Virus record (IMG/VR): IMGVR_UViG_3300032116_000002
Reading direction: 5' to 3' (one strand)
Source of the DNA: a virus
Taxonomy: Duplodnaviria; Caudoviricetes
Length of the DNA stretch: 64,000 nucleotides
Every line of letters starts with the position of its first letter. Positions within the stretch are counted from its first letter, which is position 1. The translations under genes were made by a program, and so were the position numbers. This document shows positions 45,283 through 55,700 of the stretch, piece after piece. The notes beneath the pieces were generated by a model. It was not told the origin of the DNA. It worked only from the letters and a program-made list of their open reading frames with translations, and searched no databases.

Positions 45283-45522
45283 GTGAAAAATTTATTAGAA
45301 AATTTACAAAAAATACTACCACTAGTATTGCAAGTATTCCAAGCTTTGGGTGTATTTGGGAAGATGTTACCATGGCTTATACTTATTGCTGCAATAGGTG
45401 GTGCAGGTTATTATGTTGTTCTAAATTATAAAGACCCATACAAATGTGTTGACAATGAAATATATGAACAACTAAGGTGGGATAGCAATGTTTACAAATT
45501 TAAAGGCGGTTACTGCGTATGA
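45283..45522 (+). CDS. small membrane protein
   Basis: GTG start, TM segment, two C-terminal Cys. Confidence 0.5.
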   Translation: MKNLLENLQKILPLVLQVFQALGVFGKMLPWLILIAAIGGAGYYVVLNYKDPYKCVDNEIYEQLRWDSNVYKFKGGYCV

Positions 45523-46358
45523 AAATAGCAATCACAAGTGATGTACACCTTGAGTTCGGTGATCTGGATCTGCATAATGAAGAAAATGCAGACGTACTGA
45601 TCCTCGGTGGTGACATCTTTATTGCTACAGAATTGACCGATTTTGTTCATGATGAGAATGCACAAATTGTTGCAGCTACTAGTTCCGTTCGTGCAAGAGC
45701 AAAACGTTATGTTGATTTTGTAACACGGTGTGCTGAAAGGTTTAAACACGTGGTTCTCATTATGGGCAATCACGAACACTACCATGGTGACTTTGTTAAA
45801 AGTGCTAACATCATTCGCGGCACTTTCGGCGATCTACACAATGTACATTTCTTAGATAAGGAATGGAGAATCATTAATGGCGTATTGTTCTACGGTGGAA
45901 CACTATGGACAGATATGAACGGTGAAGATATTGAAACACTGCACCGTGTTCGTTTCATGATGAATGATTTTAATTGTGTTAAGAATATCACCGAAGATGG
46001 AAAAACGGTGTTCATGCCAGAAGATGCTGTTGAGGATCATTTTGCATTTAGGCGTGGACTAGATGAAGTATTGGCTTTACATCCTAACATGCCTACTGTA
46101 GTAGTTGGGCATCATGCGCCTAGTAAAGCAAGCACACATCCGCGCTATAAAAATGAAATTGTTATGAATGGTGCTTATAGTTCTAATTTGGATAATTTTA
46201 TTTTAGACCGTAGGCAAATCAAACTTTGGACTCATGGACATACGCATGAGGACTTTGATTATATGATTGGTACTACAAGAGTAGTTTGTAATCCTCGCGG
46301 CTATGATGGGTATGAAGCTAAAGCCGATGAGTTTAAATTAAAATACGTTGACATTTAA
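45519..46358 (+). CDS. calcineurin-like metallophosphoesterase
   Basis: SDVHLE, GGDIF, MGNHEHY, GHHAP, HGHTH, CNPRGY. Confidence 0.92.
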   Translation: MKIAITSDVHLEFGDLDLHNEENADVLILGGDIFIATELTDFVHDENAQIVAATSSVRARAKRYVDFVTRCAERFKHVVLIMGNHEHYHGDFVKSANIIRGTFGDLHNVHFLDKEWRIINGVLFYGGTLWTDMNGEDIETLHRVRFMMNDFNCVKNITEDGKTVFMPEDAVEDHFAFRRGLDEVLALHPNMPTVVVGHHAPSKASTHPRYKNEIVMNGAYSSNLDNFILDRRQIKLWTHGHTHEDFDYMIGTTRVVCNPRGYDGYEAKADEFKLKYVDI

Positions 46359-46367
46359 GGAGGAAAC

Positions 46368-47042
46368 ATGTTTTACAGTGATACAATGTATAGAACAGCA
46401 GAACAAATAAATTCGGCTATGGGTCGTGTTTATAACCAAATGGTATTGGCAATTATCAATTCTATGGTAGTGTCCTTTTTAGCCGCAAGTTCACCACCTT
46501 TGATGCAAATGTTGTTTGCCACACCGCTTAAGTGGTTAGTTATCTTTGCACCATTAGCAGCAGTGTTGGCTATCACGTTCCTAATAGACAAGATGAATAA
46601 AACGCAAGCTACGTTTGCACTACATGGCTTTGCTGCATTGATGGGCCTAAGTTTCTCTACTATCTTTGTAGTCTATACTATGGGATCAATAGCTAGTGCG
46701 TTTTTTGGTGCATTCATATTGTTTGCCTGTATGAGTGTGTATGGTTACTTCACTAAACGAAGCCTAGACAGTTTTGGTCAGTTCTTGTTTATAGGACTAA
46801 TCGCTATTATTATCGCTAGCATTGTTAATATCTTTATTGGCAGTTCAGTAGCACAAATGGTTATTAGTGCTATTGCTGTTTTAATCTTTACTGGATTAAC
46901 TGCATATGATACGCAAAAGATTCGTGAAATGATTAGTGTTGAGAATGATGGTAAGGCTGAAGTGTTGGGTGCATTAACATTGTACCTAGACTTTATTAAC
47001 ATTTTCCTAAACTTACTGCATCTATTTGGCAATAAGGAGTAA
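46368..47042 (+). CDS. Bax inhibitor-1/YccA family membrane protein
   Basis: about 7 TM; AYDTQKI, GALTLYLDFINIFLNLL. Confidence 0.92.
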   Translation: MFYSDTMYRTAEQINSAMGRVYNQMVLAIINSMVVSFLAASSPPLMQMLFATPLKWLVIFAPLAAVLAITFLIDKMNKTQATFALHGFAALMGLSFSTIFVVYTMGSIASAFFGAFILFACMSVYGYFTKRSLDSFGQFLFIGLIAIIIASIVNIFIGSSVAQMVISAIAVLIFTGLTAYDTQKIREMISVENDGKAEVLGALTLYLDFINIFLNLLHLFGNKE

Positions 47043-47043
47043 T

Positions 47044-47610
47044 ATGAAACTCTATCGCATCACTCCTCTTGAAAAAAAGAATGTAGAATATCTTATTGAT
47101 GCATACGAACAATTAGAAGATGGTTCTACTAGAGGTTTTACAGTAAGAGAAATTTGGCGTTGGGGATTAGGATACAGGGAAGAAGATGACCTTGTAACAG
47201 AATACGATTACCATAGTCAAACAATATACTGCGACCCTGACGTGGGTTATGGTGCAGAGTTGGACGACTTAATTACTGTTTACTTTGACTGGAGTGATGA
47301 GTTTACCGAAGAAGAAAGACAAGACATTGAATCACGCTGGCATGATGCAGTAGAAGATGAAGAAGGTCGTTGGGGCACAGCTTGGTTGTATGACGGTGAT
47401 CATAATTTTTCTGTAGACCATAGTAGTGTTACAATTACAGGTCCTGTTAAAATTGATTTACTTGATGAAAACGGTGAACTAATAGAAGAAAATGTTGCGC
47501 CTAAAAAAGAAACTGTTGACCTGTCTTGGAAGACAGTTCCTGATGATGAAATGAAAGTTTGGCCTTTCCCAATTGAGTCTGGTTTTGGTGAAAAAGATAA
47601 AACTAGTTAA
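47044..47610 (+). CDS. highly acidic hypothetical protein
   Basis: start 47044 after AAGGAG; resembles 8486..8983; C-terminal VWPFP. Confidence 0.6.
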   Translation: MKLYRITPLEKKNVEYLIDAYEQLEDGSTRGFTVREIWRWGLGYREEDDLVTEYDYHSQTIYCDPDVGYGAELDDLITVYFDWSDEFTEEERQDIESRWHDAVEDEEGRWGTAWLYDGDHNFSVDHSSVTITGPVKIDLLDENGELIEENVAPKKETVDLSWKTVPDDEMKVWPFPIESGFGEKDKTS

Positions 47611-47619
47611 CCAATATTG

Positions 47620-47648
47620 TTGTAATACAAACATACAATTGCTATAAT
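47620..47648 (+). promoter_or_regulatory. sigma70-type promoter
   Basis: TTGTAA-17 bp-TATAAT. Confidence 0.55.
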
Positions 47649-47693
47649 GTGTATACGTTGTTAATCAACGAACTATTTTTAAAAGGAAAACAT

Positions 47694-47954
47694 ATGTTGA
47701 ATAAAGTAACAAAACAAGCAAAACTACTAGAAGCTTTCCGTAATGGTGAGCAGTTAACAGCAGCACAAATCAAACAGCGTTTTGGTATCGCAAACCCAAC
47801 CGCAACTGTTAGCGACCTTCGTTATGAAGGCTTTGCTATCTACGCAAACAAGCGTACCGACAGCAAAGGTCGTGTTTCAACTAAGTATCGTCTAGGTACT
47901 CCTAGCCGCGAAATCGTTGCAGCAGGCTATCGTGCATTGGCGCTTGGTCTATAA
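47694..47954 (+). CDS. small helix-turn-helix DNA-binding protein
   Basis: LLEAFRNGEQLTAAQI...ATVSDLR winged-HTH pattern; AAAGGA RBS. Confidence 0.65.
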   Translation: MLNKVTKQAKLLEAFRNGEQLTAAQIKQRFGIANPTATVSDLRYEGFAIYANKRTDSKGRVSTKYRLGTPSREIVAAGYRALALGL

Positions 47955-47985
47955 AGAGTTCAGCTAGTCACTGGCACAGTTTTAC

Positions 47986-48020
47986 GGCAGCTTTCTGCAA
48001 AAAAGCTGCCTTTTATTTTT
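47986..48020 (+). terminator. rho-independent terminator
   Basis: GGCAGCTTT...AAAGCTGCC followed by TTTTATTTTT. Confidence 0.85.
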
Positions 48021-48026
48021 TATGAT

Positions 48027-48533
48027 ATGAATTTATTTCACAAATTAATGGAAAAGTTAGGTAGGTATAGACTAATACCTGACCGTAGAACTGGTGCAGA
48101 TTATATGCACAGATATTATCTGTTCATAAAAAATCGTAGTTGGTTTCCGGTTAATGTTACATTACATAAAATTGTAAGAAGCGATGATCCCATATTTCAT
48201 GATCATCCATGGCCTTTTGTGACAATTATTCTTAAAGGTGGTTACTGGGAACATATTCCGTTGTTTGATAACCATGGTAAGAAGTTCGCAGAAATAGCCA
48301 AGTGGCGTGGTCCTGGTTCTATTATCTATAGAAAAGCAAAAGAATTTCATTGGATAGAACTAGATGCAGGTAAACCAGCAACAACATTATTTTTTATGGG
48401 ACCACAGCAACGTGAATGGGGTTTCTTAGTAGATGTAAGACAAAAAAGAACTAGATGGGTTAGATACGATCACTATCTAAACAACTGGAAAAAATATCAC
48501 GAAAAATATATTGCTCCGAAAATGAAATTATGA
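48027..48533 (+). CDS. cupin-fold phage protein
   Basis: LHKI..SDD..FHDHPW...LKGGYWE...FHWIEL. Confidence 0.65.
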   Translation: MNLFHKLMEKLGRYRLIPDRRTGADYMHRYYLFIKNRSWFPVNVTLHKIVRSDDPIFHDHPWPFVTIILKGGYWEHIPLFDNHGKKFAEIAKWRGPGSIIYRKAKEFHWIELDAGKPATTLFFMGPQQREWGFLVDVRQKRTRWVRYDHYLNNWKKYHEKYIAPKMKL

Positions 48534-48805
48534 ACGAAGATACTAAAGAAATACTACAAATACTACAAGAAGAATGTGCCGAAGTTATTGTGTCTATAAG
48601 CAAATGTATGCGCTTTGGACCAGATCAAATGAAGCCTGGTACTAATGGAACAAACTTTGATCACCTAGAACAAGAGATAGCAGACGTAATGGTTATGGTA
48701 GACTTATTGATTAATAGAAATGTAGGCGTTAGTGCAGAAGCTATTGAAGCCAAAACACTAAATAAAATTGAGAAGCTTAAAAAGTGGAGTAACCTTTACA
48801 AATAA
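48530..48805 (+). CDS. MazG-like nucleotide pyrophosphohydrolase
   Basis: LQEECAEV...LEQEIADV. Confidence 0.75.
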   Translation: MNEDTKEILQILQEECAEVIVSISKCMRFGPDQMKPGTNGTNFDHLEQEIADVMVMVDLLINRNVGVSAEAIEAKTLNKIEKLKKWSNLYK

Positions 48806-48816
48806 AAGGAAATCAA

Positions 48817-49188
48817 ATGTTCGAAATTCTTGCAATTTTCATTCTAGTCTACATAGGATTCATACTGGGGCAGGCCTATCAAATCTTTAAAGTTCGTAGC
48901 ATGATAAGACGAATCGCCAGAGATAATGATATCAATTTAGAAGAAGTATTATATGAGGAGGAACCTGAAAATAGCAAGCAAGAAATTATGGTTCTAGAGG
49001 CCGAAAAAATAAACGGTACTCTACTAATTTACAATAAGTTGACTAATGAATTTATCTGCCAAGCAGAAACTATTGAAGAAGCAGCCAGAACTTTCAATGA
49101 CCGCAAAAAAGACGTTTATGGATTGATTAAGTATGATGAAACAGAGATGATGTTCGTTGGTGGCAAAATAGAAAAATCAAAGAAATGA
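48817..49188 (+). CDS. membrane-anchored hypothetical protein
   Basis: N-terminal TM; AAAGGA RBS. Confidence 0.55.
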   Translation: MFEILAIFILVYIGFILGQAYQIFKVRSMIRRIARDNDINLEEVLYEEEPENSKQEIMVLEAEKINGTLLIYNKLTNEFICQAETIEEAARTFNDRKKDVYGLIKYDETEMMFVGGKIEKSKK

Positions 49189-49721
49189 AAGTTAAGATAG
49201 GTAAATATCCTAAAGGAGCAGGACATCAAAAAATTGATGTGCAGATAGACCGCCATGATACCTATAGCACTGACCACACTTTAGCATATATCATTTATCC
49301 AATGCTGCTACAATTAAAAGAAACTAAGCATGGTGTTCCGGCTGAGTTTGCTGACGTTGGCGGTGAAGATTATAGTTCACAAAGATGTTTTGATTTCTAT
49401 AATGATACTCAACGTGAAGCCTTTGATGAGGGTTGTAAGCGTTGGGATGAAATACTAGACAAGATGATTTGGAGCTTTGAGCAATTAGTCAAAGATGACT
49501 ATGATTCACAATATCATCACGGTACACCTAAGTGGGATTGGATTAAAACAGATAAGAAATTTTTTAATCCAATGACAAACAAATTAGAAGAAACTTACCA
49601 AATGGTAGACAAGAACCCAGATGAGCATTGGTACGATCACGAAGGGCACATGTTACATGAAGATAGAATACAAGAAGGTCTAGAACTTTTCGGAAAATAT
49701 TTTAGAAACCTCTGGGATTGA
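49185..49721 (+). CDS. hypothetical phage protein
   Basis: W..ILDKMIWSFE...IQEGLELFGKYFRNLWD pattern. Confidence 0.65.
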   Translation: MKVKIGKYPKGAGHQKIDVQIDRHDTYSTDHTLAYIIYPMLLQLKETKHGVPAEFADVGGEDYSSQRCFDFYNDTQREAFDEGCKRWDEILDKMIWSFEQLVKDDYDSQYHHGTPKWDWIKTDKKFFNPMTNKLEETYQMVDKNPDEHWYDHEGHMLHEDRIQEGLELFGKYFRNLWD

Positions 49722-50164
49722 TAGATAAGTTTATGAAGCAAAAGTTCATAGATTTATATATGGATTGGGCTAAACGTGTTGCCCAATTAAGTCACGCAAA
49801 AAGATTACAAGTAGGTGCAGTAATTGTTAAAGATGATTCTGTAATAAGTTATGGTTACAACGGCATGCCAGCTGGTTGGGACAATAACTGTGAAGATGAA
49901 TTCTTACACGAAGATGGCAGCACAACAACCAAAACAAGACCGGAGGTAATTCATGCTGAAAGCAATGCTATTGCAAAACTGGCCAAATCTACTAACAGCG
50001 GCGTTGGTAGTTACATGTTTATCACTCATAGTCCTTGCATTGAATGTGCCAAACTTATATTTCAAAGTGGCATTAGTACTGTTTATTATAATGGAAACTA
50101 TCGCAGCGATGACGGTATTAAATTTTTGGAAAAATCAGGAGTAAATGTTGTCAAATCCAATTAG
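49718..50164 (+). CDS. dCMP deaminase
   Basis: QVGAVIVKD, GYNG, HAESNAI, SPCIEC; true start may be the ATG at 49733. Confidence 0.93.
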   Translation: MIDKFMKQKFIDLYMDWAKRVAQLSHAKRLQVGAVIVKDDSVISYGYNGMPAGWDNNCEDEFLHEDGSTTTKTRPEVIHAESNAIAKLAKSTNSGVGSYMFITHSPCIECAKLIFQSGISTVYYNGNYRSDDGIKFLEKSGVNVVKSN

Positions 50165-50360
50165 AGAATGGTATCATACCAAAGTAGATATACCATATGG
50201 TAATTTAGGATCATTAATAGACTGGTGTAAACGTAATTGTAACAGCGACTGGCATTTTACAGAAAGTACAGATATTGTCGAACAGTTTAATCAAGGTGCT
50301 TGGCAGTTTTATTTTAAAGAAGAAAAAGATTATATCAACTTTGTAGTTTGGCAAAAATGA
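50145..50360 (+). CDS. small protein of the expanded paralog family
   Basis: IDWCKRNC..DW; C-terminal FYFKEEKDYINFVVW. Confidence 0.6.
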   Translation: MLSNPIREWYHTKVDIPYGNLGSLIDWCKRNCNSDWHFTESTDIVEQFNQGAWQFYFKEEKDYINFVVWQK

Positions 50361-50608
50361 AATATTACACCTTTCGTAGGGAATCAAATAATTTTTCGGA
50401 TATTCTAAAAGACTCTAACATTAAAAAACATATATGTGTTAAAATTCTATGGTTAGAACATCTATTCATAGGTATAGATGACAGTGACGAAAGAATTCTA
50501 AGTTATCTTGAATTAAAATACGGTGATTATATCAAACAAAAGGATTACAAAGATAGAACGCCTATCCCACATAAAGACTACATTCCAAAAAAAGATATTA
50601 AGAATTAA
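50348..50608 (+). CDS. small protein, probable family member
   Basis: DDSDERILSYLELKYG. Confidence 0.5.
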   Translation: MAKMKYYTFRRESNNFSDILKDSNIKKHICVKILWLEHLFIGIDDSDERILSYLELKYGDYIKQKDYKDRTPIPHKDYIPKKDIKN

Positions 50609-50729
50609 TCTTGTTTACAGATATTAGATTGAGTATGTTGCTCAACAATCAATGCAGGTAAAAAGTACCAAAACAGCATCCACTTAACTTGCAAATCAAT
50701 ATACTCATCTACCATTAATTTATAGTAAC

Positions 50730-51047
50730 TCAAATCTGTTCGCCTCTAATTGCTTTTACTGTATCTACAGTTAAGTTTTGACCAGTAGAAATTACACATG
50801 AAATTTCATTATTGGTTTGTAGCATAGTAAAAGTGCCAGTCTTTTGATTAAACCAAATTGAAGTAACACTATTAACACTATCGTGTGTTATACCAGTAGC
50901 AATCATTACTTCACCAAATTCATTTTCTAAAGTATCTATTACGTAATCAGTATCGCCGCAATGTACTGAATATCCACGTTTGTGCATTCCTTGACTGTAG
51001 CTTAAAGCTGGTAACATCAGACCTAAAATAATTAAAATATTCTTCAT
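50730..51047 (-). CDS. small exported protein
   Basis: signal peptide; two Cys. Confidence 0.6.
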   Translation of the reverse strand: MKNILIILGLMLPALSYSQGMHKRGYSVHCGDTDYVIDTLENEFGEVMIATGITHDSVNSVTSIWFNQKTGTFTMLQTNNEISCVISTGQNLTVDTVKAIRGEQI

Positions 51048-51057
51048 TACTACTTCC

Positions 51058-51234
51058 TTAAAAAGGGGACAAGATATAGTCTACAAAAGTATATTTCAAC
51101 TTCCATATTGTGAATATCACAGATCCCAGTACAGCTATTAAAATTATAATGGTTCTGACAAGAACTAATATTTCAATTAATTCTTTGAGCCTAGCTACCT
51201 TTTGTTTAATACTTTTAATTCGTTTTAAAGGCAC
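51058..51234 (-). CDS. small basic single-TM protein
   Basis: manual translation from GTG: PLKRIKSIKQKVARLKELIEILVLVRTIIILIAVLGSVIFTIWKL. Confidence 0.4.
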   Translation of the reverse strand: MPLKRIKSIKQKVARLKELIEILVLVRTIIILIAVLGSVIFTIWKLKYTFVDYILSPF

Positions 51235-51255
51235 TTAAGTTTCCAAATAGCAATA

Positions 51256-51273
51256 GCTATATAATTATATAGC
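51256..51273. repeat. perfect 18-bp palindrome
   Basis: GCTATATAATTATATAGC, flanked by TTTCCAAA/TTTGGAAA. Confidence 0.8.
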
Positions 51274-51292
51274 AAGTTTTGGAAAGCAATAA

Positions 51293-51745
51293 CTATGTAC
51301 TTAAACCTCGGTGGCAAGCAAACTCATAAACCTTATACCTAAGATCGTTTAGTGTATTAAGTTCTACAACAAACTCACCTGGACTATAATTTTCTGTGTG
51401 AACTATTTGGTCATTTTCATCTACATAAAAATCGTTTAGTACATGAAATAACTTACGTTTACAATTTAGAACTCCAAAGCTATAAAGTTTTGAAATAGGA
51501 GTATCTGCAATGGCTTGATCTTGTGGATTTTTGAATTGCGCTAAAGAGTGAATTCTTATTAATCCATCTTCAGTCTCGGATATGTTTATAGCTACATAAA
51601 AATCATAGGATTCTTCTTCAATTATGTAGTACCAATCTTCTGAATTGTGTACTAGCTCTTGATCTTTAAATTGAAACCTATAGGCATCCTGTGTAATCGC
51701 AAGAATTGGGACTAATAACAGTAAGCCCAATATTAGGTTCTTCAT
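51293..51745 (-). CDS. exported hypothetical protein
   Basis: signal peptide; two Cys; minus-strand TAAATA at 51766..51771. Confidence 0.6.
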   Translation of the reverse strand: MKNLILGLLLLVPILAITQDAYRFQFKDQELVHNSEDWYYIIEEESYDFYVAINISETEDGLIRIHSLAQFKNPQDQAIADTPISKLYSFGVLNCKRKLFHVLNDFYVDENDQIVHTENYSPGEFVVELNTLNDLRYKVYEFACHRGLST

Positions 51746-51861
51746 AATTTGATCCTATAAACAAGTATTTATGCTATTTTGGAATAATATATGTGTTCGC
51801 TAAGACTTAAGACTTATTAATCCTAAATACGACTAAATATATGTATACTTAGGGAGGACAT

Positions 51862-52005
51862 ATGTCTAAAGCAAAGACCGGAACAGGAGTTCAAACTCAT
51901 ACTAGCTTAGCTAAAGCAACTAAGCAAGGTGGTAAAATTAAGACTAGCACTATGAATAAGGACGAGCGTAGGTCACATAAAAAGTACCGTGGCCAAGGTC
52001 GTTGA
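51862..52005 (+). CDS. small basic protein
   Basis: manual translation ending KKYRGQGR; GGAGG RBS; not in the ORF track. Confidence 0.6.
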   Translation: MSKAKTGTGVQTHTSLAKATKQGGKIKTSTMNKDERRSHKKYRGQGR

Positions 52006-52219
52006 CACCAAGGTGAACATTGTAGTATTTGAGGATCATGTATGGGACTTACATGATTCAGGAATCAGTTTTGATAAAAATCTAGAAATAGACAAGTTAG
52101 GTTGGAAACCAGGGGACTATTTTAAACTAGTGAAAGATAATGAAGGACTTAAGTTAGTTAAAATATGCGAACTAGAACAATTTATAATAAAGGGAAAAGA
52201 CCATGAAGCAAATGATTGA
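51989..52219 (+). CDS. hypothetical protein
   Basis: DKLGWKPGDYF motif; start uncertain. Confidence 0.5.
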   Translation: MAKVVDTKVNIVVFEDHVWDLHDSGISFDKNLEIDKLGWKPGDYFKLVKDNEGLKLVKICELEQFIIKGKDHEAND

Positions 52220-52760
52220 CAAAGTAACAGGTAAAGTATTAAGTAGAAGTGAAGCAGAAGCAAAGATTAAGGATAAAGCAGGATGGGTAATTACTGTTAT
52301 AGCATTATTGCTAGCAGTAAACACATATCTTGCTAATGGATATAGTAGCAAAGTACTGAGCAACACTATTGCAGCAAATAATGTATGGGCTTTCTATCAA
52401 GCTAAATCTATTAAACAAACATTAGCAGAACAAAGTTTAGATGATGCGATTGTTCGTGGCGATAAAGCAAAAGCAGAAAAACTTAAAGCAAAAATCGAAC
52501 GCTATGAATCTGAGCCTGAAAAGGGCGAAGGTAAAAAAGAGTTAATGGCAAAAGCACTAAAGCATGAAGCAGATCGTGACTTAGCAAAGAAGCATGGTCC
52601 ATGGATGACATTTGCAGGTACAAGCTACCAACTAGCAATTGTTTTATTATCAGCTAGTATTTTAGCAGTAAGTATGAGTATGTTTTATGCTAGTATCGGC
52701 GTAAGCTTATTTGGTTTCTTATTAATGAGCCAAGGTATTTGGATGTGGATGCCTTTTTAA
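52203..52760 (+). CDS. DUF4337-like membrane protein
   Basis: TM, NVWAFYQAKSIKQ, coiled coil, two C-terminal TMs. Confidence 0.7.
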   Translation: MKQMIDKVTGKVLSRSEAEAKIKDKAGWVITVIALLLAVNTYLANGYSSKVLSNTIAANNVWAFYQAKSIKQTLAEQSLDDAIVRGDKAKAEKLKAKIERYESEPEKGEGKKELMAKALKHEADRDLAKKHGPWMTFAGTSYQLAIVLLSASILAVSMSMFYASIGVSLFGFLLMSQGIWMWMPF

Positions 52761-52771
52761 TAATATAATAT

Positions 52772-55700
52772 ATGGTTTTTAGAATCACAGGTGGTATAAC
52801 AATAGATGGTGGTCTGTCAAGTTCCGGTAGAGAACCTGATCCACCAACTAATGTAACAGCTACTAAAGTAAATGAAACAACAGCTAGAATAACAGTAACA
52901 GACCCTGTTAACCAAGGTGGACTACCTATAACAACCTATACAGCGTCAACATATATAGTTACTCAACTAGGTGGTACAGGAGAAGCAACATACTCTACGC
53001 CAGGCACTTACATTTGGACTGCACCAGCAGGAGTAACAAGTGTATGTGTGGTTTGTATTGGTGGCGGTGGTGGTGGCGGTGTAGGTGGCATCCCGTATAA
53101 CGGTTATAACAGTGGGGGTGGTGGCGGTGGTGGACTGGCATATCTTAATAATTATCCAGTAACTTCAGGCTCCACTTATACGGTTGTTGTAGGTGCAGGT
53201 GGGACACGTGGTCTAGCTCCAAATGCAGGTCAACCTGATTCAAATCCACCTACAGTAGGCGGTGATAGTTATTTTGTAAGCAGAAGCGTTTGCATGGGCG
53301 GTGGCGGTAATATAAGAACAGGTGGGTACGACGGAGGCTTAGGTGGAACTTATACTGTAACTACATCTACCGGCTCATATGGAGGTGGCAACGGAGGAAA
53401 AGGCGGAGACTGCGTTAGTAGAGGTTCTGGTGGTGGCGGTGGTGCTGGCGGCTACGAAGGTTCAGGTGGTAACGGCGGTGCATCAAACAATGGAAATGGC
53501 ACCAATGGTTCTTCAGGCGGCGGTGGCGGTGGTGCCGGCAACGGATATTATACTATTGAATCAGAAACTGGCGGGGCCGGAGGTGGTGGAGGAACTGGTG
53601 TACTAGGCAGAGGTGTCGATGGTGCCGGAGCAATATCTATCCCAACTACTGTCTTTAGCACCTACAATCAACCCGGTGGCGGTGGTGGATCAGGCGGTAG
53701 TAGTGGTGGAATAGGCCTCAATCAAGGTGCTGGTGGTGCCGGCGGTTCATATGGTGGTGGTGGTGGCGGTGGTGAGTGGTTTTCCGGCGGTTTAGGTGGT
53801 AATGGTGGCGGTGGCGCAGTAAGAATTATTTGGGGAATCAACGCATCATTTCCAATCAATGCTGGATTAAGTGCAAGTTATGATTTAGTATCTAGCACAA
53901 CATCAAACAGTAATACAATTAACGCTGTTAATAACTATGGCGGCGGTGATGGACCGGTAGAATACATATTCGATGGAGTGACCTTTTACGAAATTCCATA
54001 TAATGCTGCATTTGAACTATCTGATAGTTCCTGGACAATGGAGGCTTTTGTAACTCCAACCACTACTAATGTAGTTAGAGGCATTGTAAATAACTGGAAT
54101 ACAGGCGGTGCATTTGAGTGGTATATAAACGCAAGTAATACTTTAACTTTTAAATACACTTATAATATCAGTGGTGTTTTTGACTACACCTATACTGGAT
54201 CTACAGTAATTCAACCTAATGTAAGAACACATGTTGTCGTACAAAAACAAGGTGCAAATCTTGTTTTCTTTATAAACGGTGTAGCTGATCCTGTGACATT
54301 TGCTGGTAGTTTTAGTAATAGATTTGTAGTTTTTTATAACAATGAAAAGAAGCCATTAAGATATGGTATAGGCAGTGATGGTACAGGGTACTTTACAGGT
54401 AAAATGTCTAATCTACGTATATCAAAAAAGAGTTTCTTATACGGTAGTGGAACAAATTCAAGTTTCCCAGTTCCCTCACTACCATTAGAAATAACTCAAA
54501 GTGTAGTTTCTAGTGGCGGAAGAGATGTAATAGCAAGTTTAGTACCATCAGACGTTTTATTATTAGTGTTATCAGATCCAAAACCAGGTAAAGATAAATC
54601 AAATTATGATTGGTCATCTGCATTAAACGGTACTATAGGGATTACAGGAAAAGTAGAATATGCTTTCAAAGTAACAGCAACTAATGCAGCAGGAACTAGT
54701 CTACTAAGTGAACGCAGTGATATAATAAGATATTTAGGACCTAATGCACCAACTATAGGTTCAGCAACAAGAGTAGGAAACACAAGTGCTTCCGTTACGT
54801 TCACTGCCCCCGCAGATAGCGGTGATGGTCCTGTACTAGATTATATTGTTGTAAGTAGTCCAGGTGGTTTTAATGCCACGGGAGCAAGTAGTCCTATTAC
54901 TGTTTCAGGTCTTGTAAAGGGAACAAGTTATACGTTTACTGCATCAGCACGAAATAAATTTGCAACAGGTACAGCCAGTGCCGCAAGCAATAGTGTAACT
55001 GCTATAGGTATTCCTGACGCTCCTACTATAGGTACAGCAACGATTACTGGATCAACTACAGCAAGTTTATCGTTTACTGCACCAGCTAATACAGGTGGAT
55101 TGCCCATAACAAGTTATACAGTCACAAGTAGTCCCGGAGGAATAACAGCTACAGGATCAAGTAGTCCTATTTCTATAACTGGATTAACGATTGGTCAAAC
55201 TTATACATTTACTGTTACTGCAACAAACAGTCTTGGTACAAGTACTGCAAGTTCAGCAAGTAATAGTATTTCGTTAGTTGTTCCTAATGCACCTACAATA
55301 GGTGTAGCTACTATGACAGGAAAAACTACTGCTACTGTGGTATTTACTGCACCTACAGACAACGGTGGACCTGCGGTTACAGGTTACACAGTAGTAACCA
55401 CTCCTGATAATATTACTGTTAGTGGCACAAGTAGTCCTATCAACATAACAGGATTGACTTTTGGTACAATCTACACATTAAAAGTATACGCAACTAATTT
55501 AATAGGCAATGGTACATTGAGTAGTGCAAGCAATCAAATTGTGTACACAGGCCCAGGTCAAACCTTGTTTACTGGATACAGTACATGGGTAGTACCTGTA
55601 GGTGTAACGTCTATTAGTGTTGTAGCGATTGGCGGTGGAGGCAGTGGCGCAAGTGCTACCACCACTCAAGCTGGCGGTGGTGGAGGGGGCGGTGGTTTAG

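Noticed and set aside
51801-51816. TAAGACT tandem duplication
   Set aside because: Only two units in AT-rich intergenic DNA, compatible with chance.
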